Origin: Eledone cirrhosa
Lineage: Eukaryota
DNA: 64,000 nucleotides
Assembly: GCA_964016885.1 (NCBI GenBank)
Contig: OZ024740.1
Location: 114,266,001-114,330,000 of the forward strand
Direction: 5' to 3'
How positions within the stretch are numbered: position 1 is the first letter of the stretch; every line of letters starts with the position of its first letter. This document shows, piece after piece, positions 50,738 through 63,926 of the stretch. A program made the position numbers and the translations under genes. The notes below the pieces were generated by a model. It was not told the DNA's origin. It searched no databases and worked only from the letters and a program-made list of their open reading frames with translations.

Positions 50738-52845
50738 TATATGTATCTACTACATGCGGATATATACATATATCAACTACATACAGATATGTACATATAT
50801 ACTGCTAATACACACAATATGTATGTGTATATATGATTTACTGAAACGTATACAGAGGTGAAATGCATATAGTAATCATATTCGGTATATCTAAACATGA
50901 CAAACTAAAAACCTTTGCGGAGACCCACATCACCAACGTTTGTCTTAAAGTGGGATTGACAAAACTGATATAATTTATTATAGATAAAGATATGTTATGC
51001 TTCCGACTAAGTACTGTAGCATGTCTGCAGACAGACTGCCTAATTACGCCACCAGCATGTAACTATATTAAGGTTTATGCATCATTTGAATTCATTCGAT
51101 TAGGAAAACAACGAGAATGTTCATATGACAATTTGGTGTAAGATCTTCCAATCAGATAAATGGACAGTAAATAACTTCTAGACACGTAATAACTGTTTGA
51201 CTCATTTCTACAATATTTGGATGGAGAATATTGTTCGACCACCCATTTTGTTCTGTATTCGGTGCTAATAATAGTAACAACGCTATATGCCAATACATGC
51301 ATTTGGTAGCAAAGACAGCTTCAGTGTGATGTATAAATGTAACTGTGAGTATGATCTCTTTAACTGTGTTATTGACAGCGTGGATGAAATATCCATCTAT
51401 TGACTTATTAGAAACCCACATAAAACCCATTGCAATATTTGTTCCCTAGATTCTGCCTTGGTCGGCGTTCAAATCTCACGGGTGTATATTTTGCCCTTCA
51501 TTATTTCGTGGTCAATAAAAAAACGTGCTATTCTACTGCCTGTGCTGCCATATTTCACTCTAGCTATCATCATACCCTAGATGTTCGATGGAGTCAATGG
51601 TGAGATGACCGATAAATGCCTGTATTCATGTCTGCTCGCGAACACGTGGAATCAGTTTGTGAAAGCATGGGACTCACTACGAAATCGTATTTATTTGCGA
51701 GTAATGACTGTAATTAGTATTATTATTGTTTGTTGAATGCAATATGCCTTGAAAAAAAATATAGATGCAGAGTGAAACAAAATATCTAATGTCTAAACAC
51801 ACAGCTCTCAGCTCCAGATCACACAGAGCAGAATATTTTAATTAAGTAAGATTTTAGAAACTTGTTTTTAATGAACTTATGACACAAATTAAATATGAAT
51901 TTATTTTATGGACAGACTTCCGTAGCGTCAGTGTTTTATTTTATTGATTTCGTAGAGATGGAGAATAGAAAGAAGCATTATATCATCGCAAATGTTGCCA
52001 CTTGGAAATTAGTTTTGCTTTCAGTGTTTGATGTTGAAATCATACGAGGTCACATTAGTCTTTCACCCATTCAAAGACGAGAAATAAATTACCAGTCTAA
52101 CATGTTGAACTAACTGAATCATTAAACCCTCGAACATAGTGACTTATAATATTCGATCCTGATTTTTACATTTAAGGTTCAAACAGCCTCGTGCCTTACA
52201 AGAAAACACGGAAGTGCTTAGAGCCTCACCAAACACTAATTCCCCAAGTTACTGTGAATAATAATGGAGCAATAGCATCATATTCAAACTGATATGGAAG
52301 CAAATAATACATGATGATAAGAATATGGCCTGGAATGGTTGTACCGACAGGGAATTGAACTCAAATGTTTTGCGTGGTAATAAAATACGTCAATACCCTC
52401 ACAAAAAACGACACAATGATTATTAGGTAGATATATAATTAATACGATGAAAAGATTTAGCATGATCAAACTACGATGGTATTAAATTCATCTCTGTTTT
52501 AAGTTTCTCTTTCAGATATTTATATATTCCTCGGTATACTACAAGTTTAATGCATACAGACATCGTGGTATTTGATGGATTCTACACGGAGAGTTCAGGC
52601 TGAAAGCATTTCAAGGTTAAGTGAAGATCAGAAAAAGGAGAAGCGAGTTTGTAAAAAGGATTGCTGCATATCGTGTTTCAGCTACTCGACTGAGCTGAAC
52701 ATATAAGATCCCTACATATGTTACGCACTTATAACATGTGTAGGATGTATGTAAATTAGGATACATACACAATCATATAAACGTAATGCATATGTAAGAA
52801 GTTGATAATAATTAAATCGAATACACACACACAACACACACACAC

Positions 52846-52879
<34 letters not shown>

Positions 52880-52897
52880 GTATGTATGTATGTATGC

Positions 52898-52928
<31 letters not shown>

Positions 52929-53049
52929 TGTATGTATGTATGTATGTATGTATGCATATGTATGTATGCCTCTGTGTGTGTTGGTGTGTTTACGTGTGTT
53001 TTGCTGTATATGTTTGAATTTGTACACCCAATATATTAATATGTACTTC

Positions 53050-53340
53050 AATTCAATGACGAGCAACACCTTTTATATATACATTACAGTTTTACCCACT
53101 CCTATACTGCTATTTTTGTCCCACTCCTTTCTGTTAAATACGCACCATACATACTTTTCCTTTTCACTTGCTTCTCTTTCTTTCTTATTTTCTCTATTGT
53201 ATTCTTTTCTCTCTGATGAAGGCCCAGGCCGAAATGTGGAAGGGACTCAAGTATTTCCTCTTACCACTGAGCGTTACATTAATGACATTGCTTTTCGTGT
53301 TCGGTTTAAAAGATTTTATCTATTGTTGACCCCGAATTAT
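53050..53340 (+). mobile_element. Decayed PLE-like 3' end with a vestigial HHR (53213-53238)
   Basis: Pyrimidine-rich tract, then CTGATGA-A-GGC(CCAG)GCC-GAAA-TG-TG; cleavage nucleotide and stem I are corrupted. Confidence 0.45.
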
Positions 53341-54076
53341 ATATATAAGGCGAAATGTATTATAAAGCTATAGCCGTATAAATACAGGGTGTAAATAAGA
53401 CTGCACAAAGGTGTATATATATGCCAGAAAATACGAATCTCCCTGTGAATTCAAAACAGGATAAACATCTTGAATTGATTTTTTAGATCAGAAGATCATG
53501 CAATCAACAACAGGGAAATATGTATTCATGTGCATGGCAGAATTTGAAGTTGATTTCTATATTAACGCATTTCCTTGTTTCTATGGCAGATTATTTTATG
53601 CTTAGTTTGGAGACCTCTAGATGACTCTTTTGTTGGAAGCCGCCACCTACTGCTTTGTTTTGCCCGGGCCTGCTGCACGCCCAGACCCATCGCTGCACGT
53701 CACTGTGCTAATCGTTAGGAATGGAGCGGATCCTTCTTTTAGGATTAAGCCATATTCAATCATTCTCATACATACAATACATACAATCTCTCTCTCTTTC
53801 TCTCTTCCTATATATATGTATGTGTGTGTGTATGTATGTGTGTGTATGTGTGTGTGTGTTTTAATTCATTTTTTCATTTATTTATACAATTTAATTCATT
53901 TTAAACGTCCGTTTAGAGCTAGTAAGCCAAGACACACTCGTAGAATTATCGAGTACTCCTTCCAGTTGGGAATCAAAAAGAGTTAGTGAGACAATAAAAA
54001 GAAAACAATAACGAAAGAAAACAAATGGAAAAAAAGAAACAACGAAAAGATAAATTAAAAATAAAAATGTGTCTGC

Positions 54077-54111
<35 letters not shown>

Positions 54112-54113
<2 letters not shown>

Positions 54114-54246
54114 AGAAAGTATGACCCCGACGGCAGAGCTCTTCCGTCAGGGTCATACTTTCTCCTATTACCCACTCTACTACCCTAAGTATTGAGTATT
54201 CTGGTGCGTTATGGTCTATCTGGTTCCTTACCACAACTCCTTCGTT
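54112..54246 (+). mobile_element. Shortest copy of the palindromic (TA)n-anchored family
   Basis: Hairpin centred on GAGCTC; same left boundary and tail as the other copies. Confidence 0.85.
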
Positions 54247-54258
54247 ATATATATACAT

Positions 54259-54740
54259 ATAAATGTAATCTGAGTTTTTTCGAATATTAATAACATTCGA
54301 TTCGTTTGCAATTATACAAACAAGCCACAATTTTATTTGGTAGAATGAACACTTCATTCTTGCTCTTATGTTGGCATGCGAACAGAACTGCAGACACTAA
54401 TGTTGCTGGGTATCACCCTTCATCAGTACAACTCACTGTTTACCTGCCAAACTGTCAGAGATATGAAAATATATGCTATTTTCAAAATTACATATTGACT
54501 GATCGGCTTCATTTGCATATTAGCAGACTGCCTGATCAGTCAGATCTGCATATTAGCAGATCCACTGATCAGCCAGATTTGCATATCAGCAGACTGGCGA
54601 GTCAGTTTCCTGTATACGAGCGATAAATGGCCGGCTTTATCAAATTCAAATAAAATGGCTATAAAATTGAGGGTTGTTTGCATAATTGCAAATGAATCGA
54701 ATGTTTTTATTAATATTAGAAAAACTCAGATTACATTTAT
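54259..54740. mobile_element. MITE-like or fold-back element with ~80-bp inverted ends and an internal 3 x 33-bp repeat
   Basis: ATAAATGTAATCTGAGTTTTT..AATTTTAT / ATAAAATT..AAAAACTCAGATTACATTTAT; 33-bp units at 54499-54597. Confidence 0.7.
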
Positions 54741-54770
54741 TGTATTCAGCCATGTAGAGCGAAATTTTCT

Positions 54771-54810
<40 letters not shown>

Positions 54811-54850
54811 AAATTTATATGGAAACAAAACAGATTTATATAATAACAAC

Positions 54851-54914
<64 letters not shown>

Positions 54915-54919
<5 letters not shown>

Positions 54920-55694
54920 AATATAAATTAGCGAGAATCGTATTTCGGCTATTGGAAATTAGTGAAAAACAACTTCCGAGATGTGTGTCAAGCGCTCCAT
55001 AGAAGCTAGTGAACTAGAGCTACAACATAAGTTAAAAGACCAAACACACTGAGACGATGGTTAAACCATTATCCGCACAGTCATAGAAACGACCAAGTAA
55101 TTTGGGTCAAACAAATACAATATGATTGAAAATTACACCCGGACCCCTGGAAGGTTGGTAAAATCCAGCATTTGGGTTTCTGCAACTCCTAAATCAAGTA
55201 CTGTCTGCTTAGACAAATAATGTTAAGCTTTTGGTAAGATGATCGAACAAGGAGGTCATTTTTCAACAGGCTTTTAGTTCAGTGCCAAGCCAAGGACTGA
55301 CCGTTATCAAAACCCACGTGGGGCTCGACAAGTGGGGCAACCCTTAGTTTTGGCGGATGAATTCAGTATGTGTGTTATTTCAAAATTGCAAAAATACACA
55401 AAACGAATTAAGTTCTCAACAGAATGGTTATAAAATTAACAAAAGCTATTCATCAGTCAATAGAATTAATTAAAAAAAATCAAGAAAATTAACTGGTCAA
55501 TAGCTAGACTCTGGAGATCAATACAAATATAAATTAGCGAGAATCGTATTTCGGCTATTGGAAATTAGCGAAAAACAAATTCCGAGATGTGTGGCAAGCG
55601 CTCCATAGAAGCTAGTGAACTAGAGCTACAACATAAGTTAAAAGGCCAAACACACTGAGAGGATGGTTAAACCATTATCCGCACAGCCATAGAA
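54915..55694. mobile_element. 606-bp non-coding unit with a 174-bp terminal direct repeat, flanked by (TA)n
   Basis: 54915-55088 repeated at 55521-55694. Confidence 0.85.
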
Positions 55695-56136
55695 TATATA
55701 TATATATATTTAGCCGATACCTAGTGATTTCATCATAGACACAGAAGACCCAATACGTGAACTTGGAAAATAAATGTCCCGTGCTACAATCTACTATATC
55801 TGTGAGAATATTACAAGAAGATATTTGTATTTCGTTTTCGTACATACTATCTACAGACGTAATCTATGACATCCATAATGATGGGTCGATAAAACGAATG
55901 AGTACCTGTTCAGTTTTGAGCCCAATTAAATCAACCACATCCCTTGCTTAATAGATCTGCCCTTCTGCTAGTGCCAGTAATCATTATCTTAATCGCTAAT
56001 GGCTTCTATATTTAGCACTTGGACAGAAAGTTTGGGGTAGGTTGCAGACGATAAAACCGACGCCATTTTTGTCTGTTACAGATATTTATCTTCAACTGAA
56101 AGAGGAAAATCAAAATTCAATAGTAGAAGTAATAAT

Positions 56137-56243
<107 letters not shown>

Positions 56244-56970
56244 GAACTGTCGTATCGTAGCAATAAGAGCTTCCTCTGTAGCGTATATATATTGATATTT
56301 TAAACGCTATCCTATATCCATTACACTAATGTAACTGAACGGTTGTTATTTTACATCCGCTACTATGTCTTCCCCAATCATTATATAGATATACATTATA
56401 GAAAATATATAGCTTCCTTTACGGAAATAGTTTTAGAAAAGAAAAGCTCTTTCACAACTAACACACACAAACAAACAAACGAAAACGCACACATAAACAC
56501 ATATACATGCAGACACACGTAAATGAGCACACACACAATATTATCTTCACACTCACAGATAGAAAATTCGTGTATATATATATATATATACATATTATAA
56601 GAATGCCATATATATATATATATATGCCATTCTTATGCTATGTAAGATATATATCAAACACAATACCACCCAAACCATATTCACAGTTTCTTTACCCTGA
56701 AGGAATAGTTTCCTATTTCGGAATGGCTCATTCATTCTCTCAATGTCTATATATATGACTGCGGTATGTATGTATGTATGTATGTATGTATGTATGTATG
56801 TATGTATGTATGTATGTATGTATGTATGTATATGCATATGTGTAGCCCTGTGTGTAGGATTCGTCGTACAATAGTGGAGATATCCAACAGACAGCCAAAG
56901 AAAGGGATTCACATGTCTCTATATCTTTCTGTAGATGTGAATTGATTGGGTATATGTATACATACATACA

Positions 56971-57120
56971 TAGATACATACATCCATGTACGTATAAATA
57001 TTTAGATACATATATATACATGCTGTACTGATTTATGTATATGAATATATATATACATAAATCAGTACAGCATGTATATATGTATCTAAATATCTATACG
57101 TACATGGATGTATGTATCTA
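56971..57120. repeat. ~150-bp palindrome
   Basis: TAGATACATACATCCATGTACGTA..CTGATTTATGTATA / TATACATAAATCAG..TACGTACATGGATGTATGTATCTA. Confidence 0.9.
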
Positions 57121-57556
57121 CGCAATTCACATCTGCATCTCACTTGCATATTTGAAAATGTGAATGTATTGAAATGCATGAATGTGAACAAACGAATGGA
57201 TTAATCTGCTTCTATAGGTGTAGGAGTAATAGAAAGCTTACATTTAATCTGTATGTGGTTCTAGTTAGGTACGTACATTCCCAATTAAAACGCATCGATA
57301 TAAAGGAATATTTATTTTAAATACATGGAAACGAAATCTGTGAGAATGAATGACAGAAGAAATGGACCAAGAGGTTATCCAATTGGATATTCAGAGACAA
57401 ACCGTGGATATCAAGGGACTCCGTGTCGTGAAGATCTTGACTGACATATTATGACCAGGATAGTGGAGAGAAACACACACACTCGCACTAACACATACAC
57501 ATACATTACACATTTATATATATATATATATATATATTTACACATATATATATATA

Positions 57557-58126
57557 TAGAGAATTTTAATATATCTACTAACATAAGCGCACAGATGTAC
57601 GCTAATGGCAGCAAATACACATTTTATGTCATAGTACCTACGTGGTTCAATGCAGGAGAATGCAGAACAATAATATAAAAGACGTAAAATAAGAAAATTT
57701 AAAAAAAAAAAAATTTTTTTTAAATTAACTTACTTACTTAAATTTTCACTCCAACTACTTAGTTTCTGCAATGGGATAAAGACAGTTACGTAATGAACTG
57801 TTGAGAATTTCATTGCGTCATCAGGGAGGTCATTCTCAGCCGAGTCTCCAGGCGATGCGCGGACACTGGGGGCTCATATAAAAATAATAATAATTCGGTA
57901 AATGGAACAGCTATCGAGGACTGGATTCCAGCTACTGAAAATTCACACTGCCACTGATCATATGGCCGATTCTAAAGAATCAATCACGTGACACAGAGGC
58001 TAGTCAGTAGGAATGGGATGGTAAGATGACAGGCGCCTACTAACACCCCCAAAAAAAATTTTTAGAAGTGGTTTTGGCAGGTTTGCTCGACAAATCAGTG
58101 ATTTGGAGATAAATATAGATAATTTA
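57557..58126 (-). mobile_element. Full monomer of non-coding HHR family A (diverged subfamily)
   Basis: Minus strand is collinear with 29651-29821 followed by 29289-29650 (shared TATCTCCAAAT, TGTCACGTGATTGATTCTTT, AGTCCTCG, GCTGAGAAT.GACCTCCCTGATGACG, CTTATTTTACGTCTTT). Confidence 0.88.
57749..57828 (-). ncRNA. Type I hammerhead ribozyme, family A'
   Basis: CTCC-CTGATGA-CGCAATG...CATTGCA-GAAA-CTAAGTAG-TT-GGAG; stem II covaries with the 29.4-kb copy. Confidence 0.88.
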
Positions 58127-59341
58127 ATACTTGAACAGCTCTCTATCTAAAATCTGTAATCTCTGCCTAAATGAAAAATTTACCATTATCTCTAATCTAG
58201 ATTCTATAATAAATAGACGTACAGATTTGTTTTCTATCTGCCTGTATAAATTCCATAGGACTTTTCACAAAGTATACAGTTAATATTCAATTCTTTATCA
58301 ATTTAGAATCTTTTCTCAAAGGCACATATACATACACCTCTTTAAAATATACCCATCTTCCTACCTTACTTTAAAGGGCATTATACACTCTATAATACTT
58401 GTTTACTCATTACCCTCTTTCTATCTTCACCTTGTAAAATCCTTCATAACATATACATTTGTTTTTTTGACGTTAGAATATTCATCCGCAATTATTATTA
58501 TTTTTTCTCTCTATCATAAAACTTTTTAATCTCAATTTCATCCTTAATTTATTATTTTTTTCTCCCCATCAACGAACTCATTCTTAATACATATTAACTC
58601 GTTCTTCGCACATATTATCAATTCCTTCAATATACAAACTTTAACTTCACATTATTTTTCTCAAATCCTTCTACACGCAAACCTTAATAATTTTTTCTCT
58701 TCGTTAATTTTGAAATTGCCATAATACTTATCAACATACACCATTTTGACGTTAGAATATTCATCCACAATTATTATTTTTTTCTCTCTATCTTCATACA
58801 TAAACTCCCTCTCTTTCCTCGCAAATATTTTTCCCTTCGCTAATTTTCAAATTCTTTTAATTTATACATTATCTTCCAACGGTTCTCAACCTCTCTATGT
58901 AAAACAATATATCTTTTCTCAGTTATAAAAACTATCTCTTTCTCTCTATTACCCATCTCTCCCTCTCCACCTTCACTCTCATCTCCTCCCCCTTTTTTCA
59001 TCCTTTCCACCACCCCTCCCTAAATAAAATATTTTTTCCTCGTACATATCTTTCCCTTCGTTAATTTTCAAATTCTTTTAATTCATACATTATCTTCCAA
59101 CGGTTTTCAACCTCTCTATGTAAAACAATATATCTTCTCTCAGTTATAAAAACTATCTCTTTCCCTCTATCACCCATCTCTCCCTCTCATCTCCTCCCCT
59201 TTTTCATCCTTTCCACCCACCATCCCTCTCTAAATAAAATATTTTTCCCAATATCACACATCAATCTAAAACCACTTTTCATATGTTGATTTAAAACTGC
59301 ACTATCCACAAGTGTTTTTTAGCCTTCATATCATGTTCTCC

Positions 59342-59412
59342 TGTTTTATTTGATGAAAACACAAATATTATTGCATGATGATGTTTGTTTTTGAAATGCG
59401 CATAATAAAACA
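59342..59412 (+). ncRNA. Type I hammerhead ribozyme in the 5' pseudo-LTR (C3U substitution)
   Basis: TGTTTTAT-TTGATGA-16-bp stem II-GAAA-TGCGCA-TA-ATAAAACA. Confidence 0.8.
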
Positions 59413-59613
59413 CATGGAACTCCTTTAACCATCTTTTGATCTTATATTATGTATACTCCAGTCCTACAAATTGTAGAGTGCTTCTTAGCCGATATCTGCA
59501 TTGCTTTATTGTACTACAATAAAACTCACCTCCTACATTAACTTGCTCCTTAACGGTTGAGCGCTTACTCTCATATTGGATACCTTTTGGTGGTCTTTCA
59601 CTTCTTCTACAAC

Positions 59614-62016
59614 ATGGATTATTACAACATAACCAATTCAACTAAAGACATTCCTATACCTGGTAAATCTGAATTCACCAAACTTCTTATTGAAAAAACT
59701 GACTCCTTCGTAAGAAGACTTAGATGGACAGCCTATTTCTATGACCAGCGCCTAAAAGAGAACTTCCATACCAAAGAACATAACTTCCTCGATCATCTAT
59801 TTAATTCTAGACGAAATCCTCCTTCCAACAAAAATCTAGTACAATTCGAGGAAGAATTAACTAAAATAATAAAAAATCTTAAATTCAAGAGATACCCTTA
59901 CAAAGGGCAAGAGCACCTTGTAAATCTCAAGAACACAATTTCTAACCTAAATTCCTCAAAAAATGTTTTAGTCCACTCTGACAAAACCAATAACTTATAT
60001 GGTATTTCCAAGGATAATTATAACAATCTTATCCTAAAGGAACTTAGGAAAAAGTATCGTAAATCCAACCATGAAAATTTAGAATACATAAACCTTGAAG
60101 CCTCTGAGATTATGTCAAAACTTGGCATTGAAAAAAAGACCGAACCATTCCTCCCAAGAACTCCGAGGATAAATCTCAAGGATCACAAAAACAATTTTCG
60201 CACTGAACTACCTGTTAGATTAATCGCCCCCTCTAAATCTGATCTGGGGGTTGTTAGTAAAGCCATCTTGGATAGAATGATCCCACAGGTTAGTTCTAAT
60301 TGCTCTTCTTTGAACCTAAATTTATGGTTTGGTACTTCTGAAGTGATTGGCTGGTTCAACAAATTGGATAATAAAAACAAACTAAAATTTATTCAATTTG
60401 ATATTGCCAGCTACTATTCCTCCATTTCGCCTTCACTTCTCAATAATGCTCTATCTTTCGCACTTAAATATTCTGACATCACCACAGATGAACTTCACAT
60501 CATCCTCACCGCACGTAAAACCATCCTAGAGTTCAACAACGAATATTGGACCAGAGCCGATACCTCTAACAACTTCGACATCACAATGGGAGCATCCGAT
60601 TCATCCCAATTGACTGATTTAATTGGTATCTTTATTTTGAACTCTTTGAGTCGGAAAATTCCTCAACTTCGCGGTGAAATTTATCGTGACGATGGACTCT
60701 TTACTATCTTAAATTGCAATATAGTTAACCTTAATATTATTAAGAACAATATACGTAATCTCTTTAACCAACATAACCTAAAAATTGAATTTGATAATAG
60801 TATCAAACTAGCTAATTTCTTGGATGTATCTCTTAATCTTGACACTGGCCTATATTACCCTTACCATAAAAACAATGAGAACCTTAATTATGTTAACTTT
60901 AAATCTAACCATCCTACCAATATCAAGAATGCTATAGTTAGTAATATTGGAAAAAGAATATCTAACATATCTTCTAATAAAAACATCTTTGATGCTAACG
61001 CCAATTACTATAATAACGCACTTTCTAAAGCCGGCTATCCAGATAAAATCAAATATAGTAAAGAAACAAATTCTAGAAAAACTTACAGTAGTATAATTAA
61101 TCATGATCATTCCAATAATTTTAATAAAAGACCTAGATACAAAAACATAATCTGGTATAATGCTCCTTTCTCCATCTCTATTAATAACAATATTCCTAAA
61201 TTATTTTTTAGTGCCTTAAATAAATGCTTCCCTCCCTCACATATCTATAGTAAAATATTTAACAAACACACCATCAAATTTTCTTATTCTACATCCTCCA
61301 ATATTTCCAACATCATCTCTAAACACAACAATAAAATACTAAATACTAAATCTCTTCCTTCCAACATTGAATTTCATAATAACAGTAATAGTACTCCCGA
61401 CGTCATTGTAAACCCTAGGCTAACTTCTGTAAACCCAAATACAACGTCAAACACAACTTCGCTAAATATTCATAATCCAACTCTAAATCAAGAAACTATT
61501 ATTCCTATTATTCCTATCGCAAACAACTTCTCCAATCCAATTCCTTCTATAGATAACACTAGGTCACTCATTAATAATCTCTCTAATTGCAACTGCCGCA
61601 TTAAAAATAAATGTCCTCTCAACAACCATTGTCTTGATAAAAACTTAATTTATGAATGTAAAGTAATAACTAGCACCAATTCCTTCACCTATTTTGGCTC
61701 CACTTCCACCTCTTTTAAAGCTCGTCTCTATAATCACCATTCATCTTTCAAATACAAACTTAAAAGAACCAACACGGCTCTCTCAGAACTCATATGGTCC
61801 TTGAAAGACAAAAACATTAAATATACCATCTTTTGGAAGAAGGTTTCTTCTGCATCCTCATACTTGAACAGCTCTCTATCTAAAATCTGTAATCTCTGCC
61901 TAAATGAAAAATTTACCATTATCTCTAATCTAGATTCTATAATAAATAGACGTACAGATTTGTTTTCTATCTGCCTGCATAAATTCCATAGGACTTTTCA
62001 CAAAGTATACAGTTAA
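59614..62016 (+). CDS. PLE polyprotein: reverse transcriptase + C-terminal GIY-YIG endonuclease (800 aa from the first ATG)
   Basis: Uninterrupted ORF; STKDIPIP, SDKTNNLY (DKG variant), FDIASYYSSI, TMGASDS, YRDDGL, NFLDV, SNHP, CNCRIKNKC, LIYECKV..YFGST..FKARLYNH, CNLC. Confidence 0.95.
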   Translation: MDYYNITNSTKDIPIPGKSEFTKLLIEKTDSFVRRLRWTAYFYDQRLKENFHTKEHNFLDHLFNSRRNPPSNKNLVQFEEELTKIIKNLKFKRYPYKGQEHLVNLKNTISNLNSSKNVLVHSDKTNNLYGISKDNYNNLILKELRKKYRKSNHENLEYINLEASEIMSKLGIEKKTEPFLPRTPRINLKDHKNNFRTELPVRLIAPSKSDLGVVSKAILDRMIPQVSSNCSSLNLNLWFGTSEVIGWFNKLDNKNKLKFIQFDIASYYSSISPSLLNNALSFALKYSDITTDELHIILTARKTILEFNNEYWTRADTSNNFDITMGASDSSQLTDLIGIFILNSLSRKIPQLRGEIYRDDGLFTILNCNIVNLNIIKNNIRNLFNQHNLKIEFDNSIKLANFLDVSLNLDTGLYYPYHKNNENLNYVNFKSNHPTNIKNAIVSNIGKRISNISSNKNIFDANANYYNNALSKAGYPDKIKYSKETNSRKTYSSIINHDHSNNFNKRPRYKNIIWYNAPFSISINNNIPKLFFSALNKCFPPSHIYSKIFNKHTIKFSYSTSSNISNIISKHNNKILNTKSLPSNIEFHNNSNSTPDVIVNPRLTSVNPNTTSNTTSLNIHNPTLNQETIIPIIPIANNFSNPIPSIDNTRSLINNLSNCNCRIKNKCPLNNHCLDKNLIYECKVITSTNSFTYFGSTSTSFKARLYNHHSSFKYKLKRTNTALSELIWSLKDKNIKYTIFWKKVSSASSYLNSSLSKICNLCLNEKFTIISNLDSIINRRTDLFSICLHKFHRTFHKVYS

Positions 62017-63073
62017 TATTCAATTCTTTATCAATTTAGAATCATTTCTCAAAGGCACATATACATACACCTCTTTAAAATATACCCATCTTCCTACCTT
62101 ACTTTAAAGGGCATTATACACTCTATAATACTTGTTTACTCATTACCCTCTTTCTATCTTCACCTTGTAAAATCCTTCATAACATATACATTTGTTTTTT
62201 TGACGTTAGAATATTCATCCGCAATTATTATTATTTTTTCTCTCTATCATAAAACTTTTTAATCTCAATTTCATCCTTAATTTATTATTTTTTTCTCCCC
62301 ATCAACGAACTCATTCTTAATACATATTAACTCGTTCTTCGCACATATTATCAATTCCTTCAATATACAAACTTTAACTTCACATTATTTTTCTCAAATC
62401 CTTCTACACACAAACCTTAATAATTTTTTCTCTTCGTTAATTTTGAAATTGCCATAATACTTATCAACATACACCTTTTTGACGTTAGAATATTCATCCA
62501 CAATTATTATTTTTTTCTCTCTATCTTCATACATAAACTCCCTCTCTTTCCTCGCAAATATTTTTCCCTTCGCTAATTTTCAAATTCTTTTAATTTATAC
62601 ATTATCTTCCAACGGTTCTCAACCTCTCTATATAAAACAATATATCTTTTCTCAGTTATAAAAACTATCTCTTTCTCTCTATTACCCATCTCTCCCTCTC
62701 CACCTTCACTCTCATCTCCTCCCCCCTTTTTCATCCTTTCCACCACCCCTCCCTAAATAAAATATTTTTTCCTCGTACATATCTTTCCCTTCGTTAATTT
62801 TCAAATTCTTTTAATTCATACATTATCTTCCAACGGTTTTCAACCTCTCTATGTAAAACAATATATCTTCTCTCAGTTATAAAAACTATCTCTTTCTCTC
62901 TATCACCCATCTCTCCCTCTCATCTCCTCCCCTTTTTCATCCTTTCCACCCACCACCCCTCTCTAAATAAAATATTTTTCCCAATATCACACATCAATCT
63001 AAAACCACTTTTCATATGTTGATTTAAAACTGCACTATCCACAAGTGTTTTTAGCCTTCATATCATGTTTTCC

Positions 63074-63144
63074 TGTTTTATCTGATGAAAACACAAATAT
63101 TATTGCATGATGATGTTTGTTTTTGAAATGCGCATAATAAAATA
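63074..63144 (+). ncRNA. Type I hammerhead ribozyme in the 3' pseudo-LTR (canonical core)
   Basis: TGTTTTAT-CTGATGA-AAACACAAATATTATT(GCAT)GATGATGTTTGTTTTT-GAAA-TGCGCA-TA-ATAAAATA. Confidence 0.9.
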
Positions 63145-63265
63145 CATGGAACTCCTTTAACCATCTTTTGATCTTATATTATGTATACTCCAGTCCTACA
63201 AACTGTAGAGTGCTTCTTATCCGATATCTGCATTGCTTTATTGTACTACAATAAAACTCACCTCC

Positions 63266-63505
<240 letters not shown>

Positions 63506-63511
63506 CATATT

Positions 63512-63575
<64 letters not shown>

Positions 63576-63576
<1 letters not shown>

Positions 63577-63830
63577 GAAGGCGCATGGCTTAGTGGTTAA
63601 AGGATTTGGCTTGCAATCGAAAGGTTGTGAGTTCAATTCTCGGACCGGGTGATGTGTTGCTTCCTTGAGCAAGACACTTTATTTCACGTTGCTCCAGTTT
63701 ACTCAGCTGTAGGAATGAGTATCGGCCTGCCCGCACAGCCAGTGGGATGGCGTTATCTTATGGCTAAAACAGCACGATGTGCTGTGACCAGCGGCGCCGA
63801 TTGGCGCCCGACAGACTGGTTGGGCAAGGT
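63576..63830 (+). mobile_element. tRNA-derived CORE-like SINE
   Basis: A box TGGCTTAGTGG, B box GAGTTCAATTC, CCTTGAGCAAGACACTTTATTTCACGTTGCTCCAG. Confidence 0.82.
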
Positions 63831-63865
63831 GGATATCAAAGGGATATTCACATACATACACACAC

Positions 63866-63926
<61 letters not shown>

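Noticed and set aside
63576-63650. tRNA gene (also 43132-43200 and 23180-23250)
   Set aside because: A/B boxes present but no proper cloverleaf, and each runs into a SINE body
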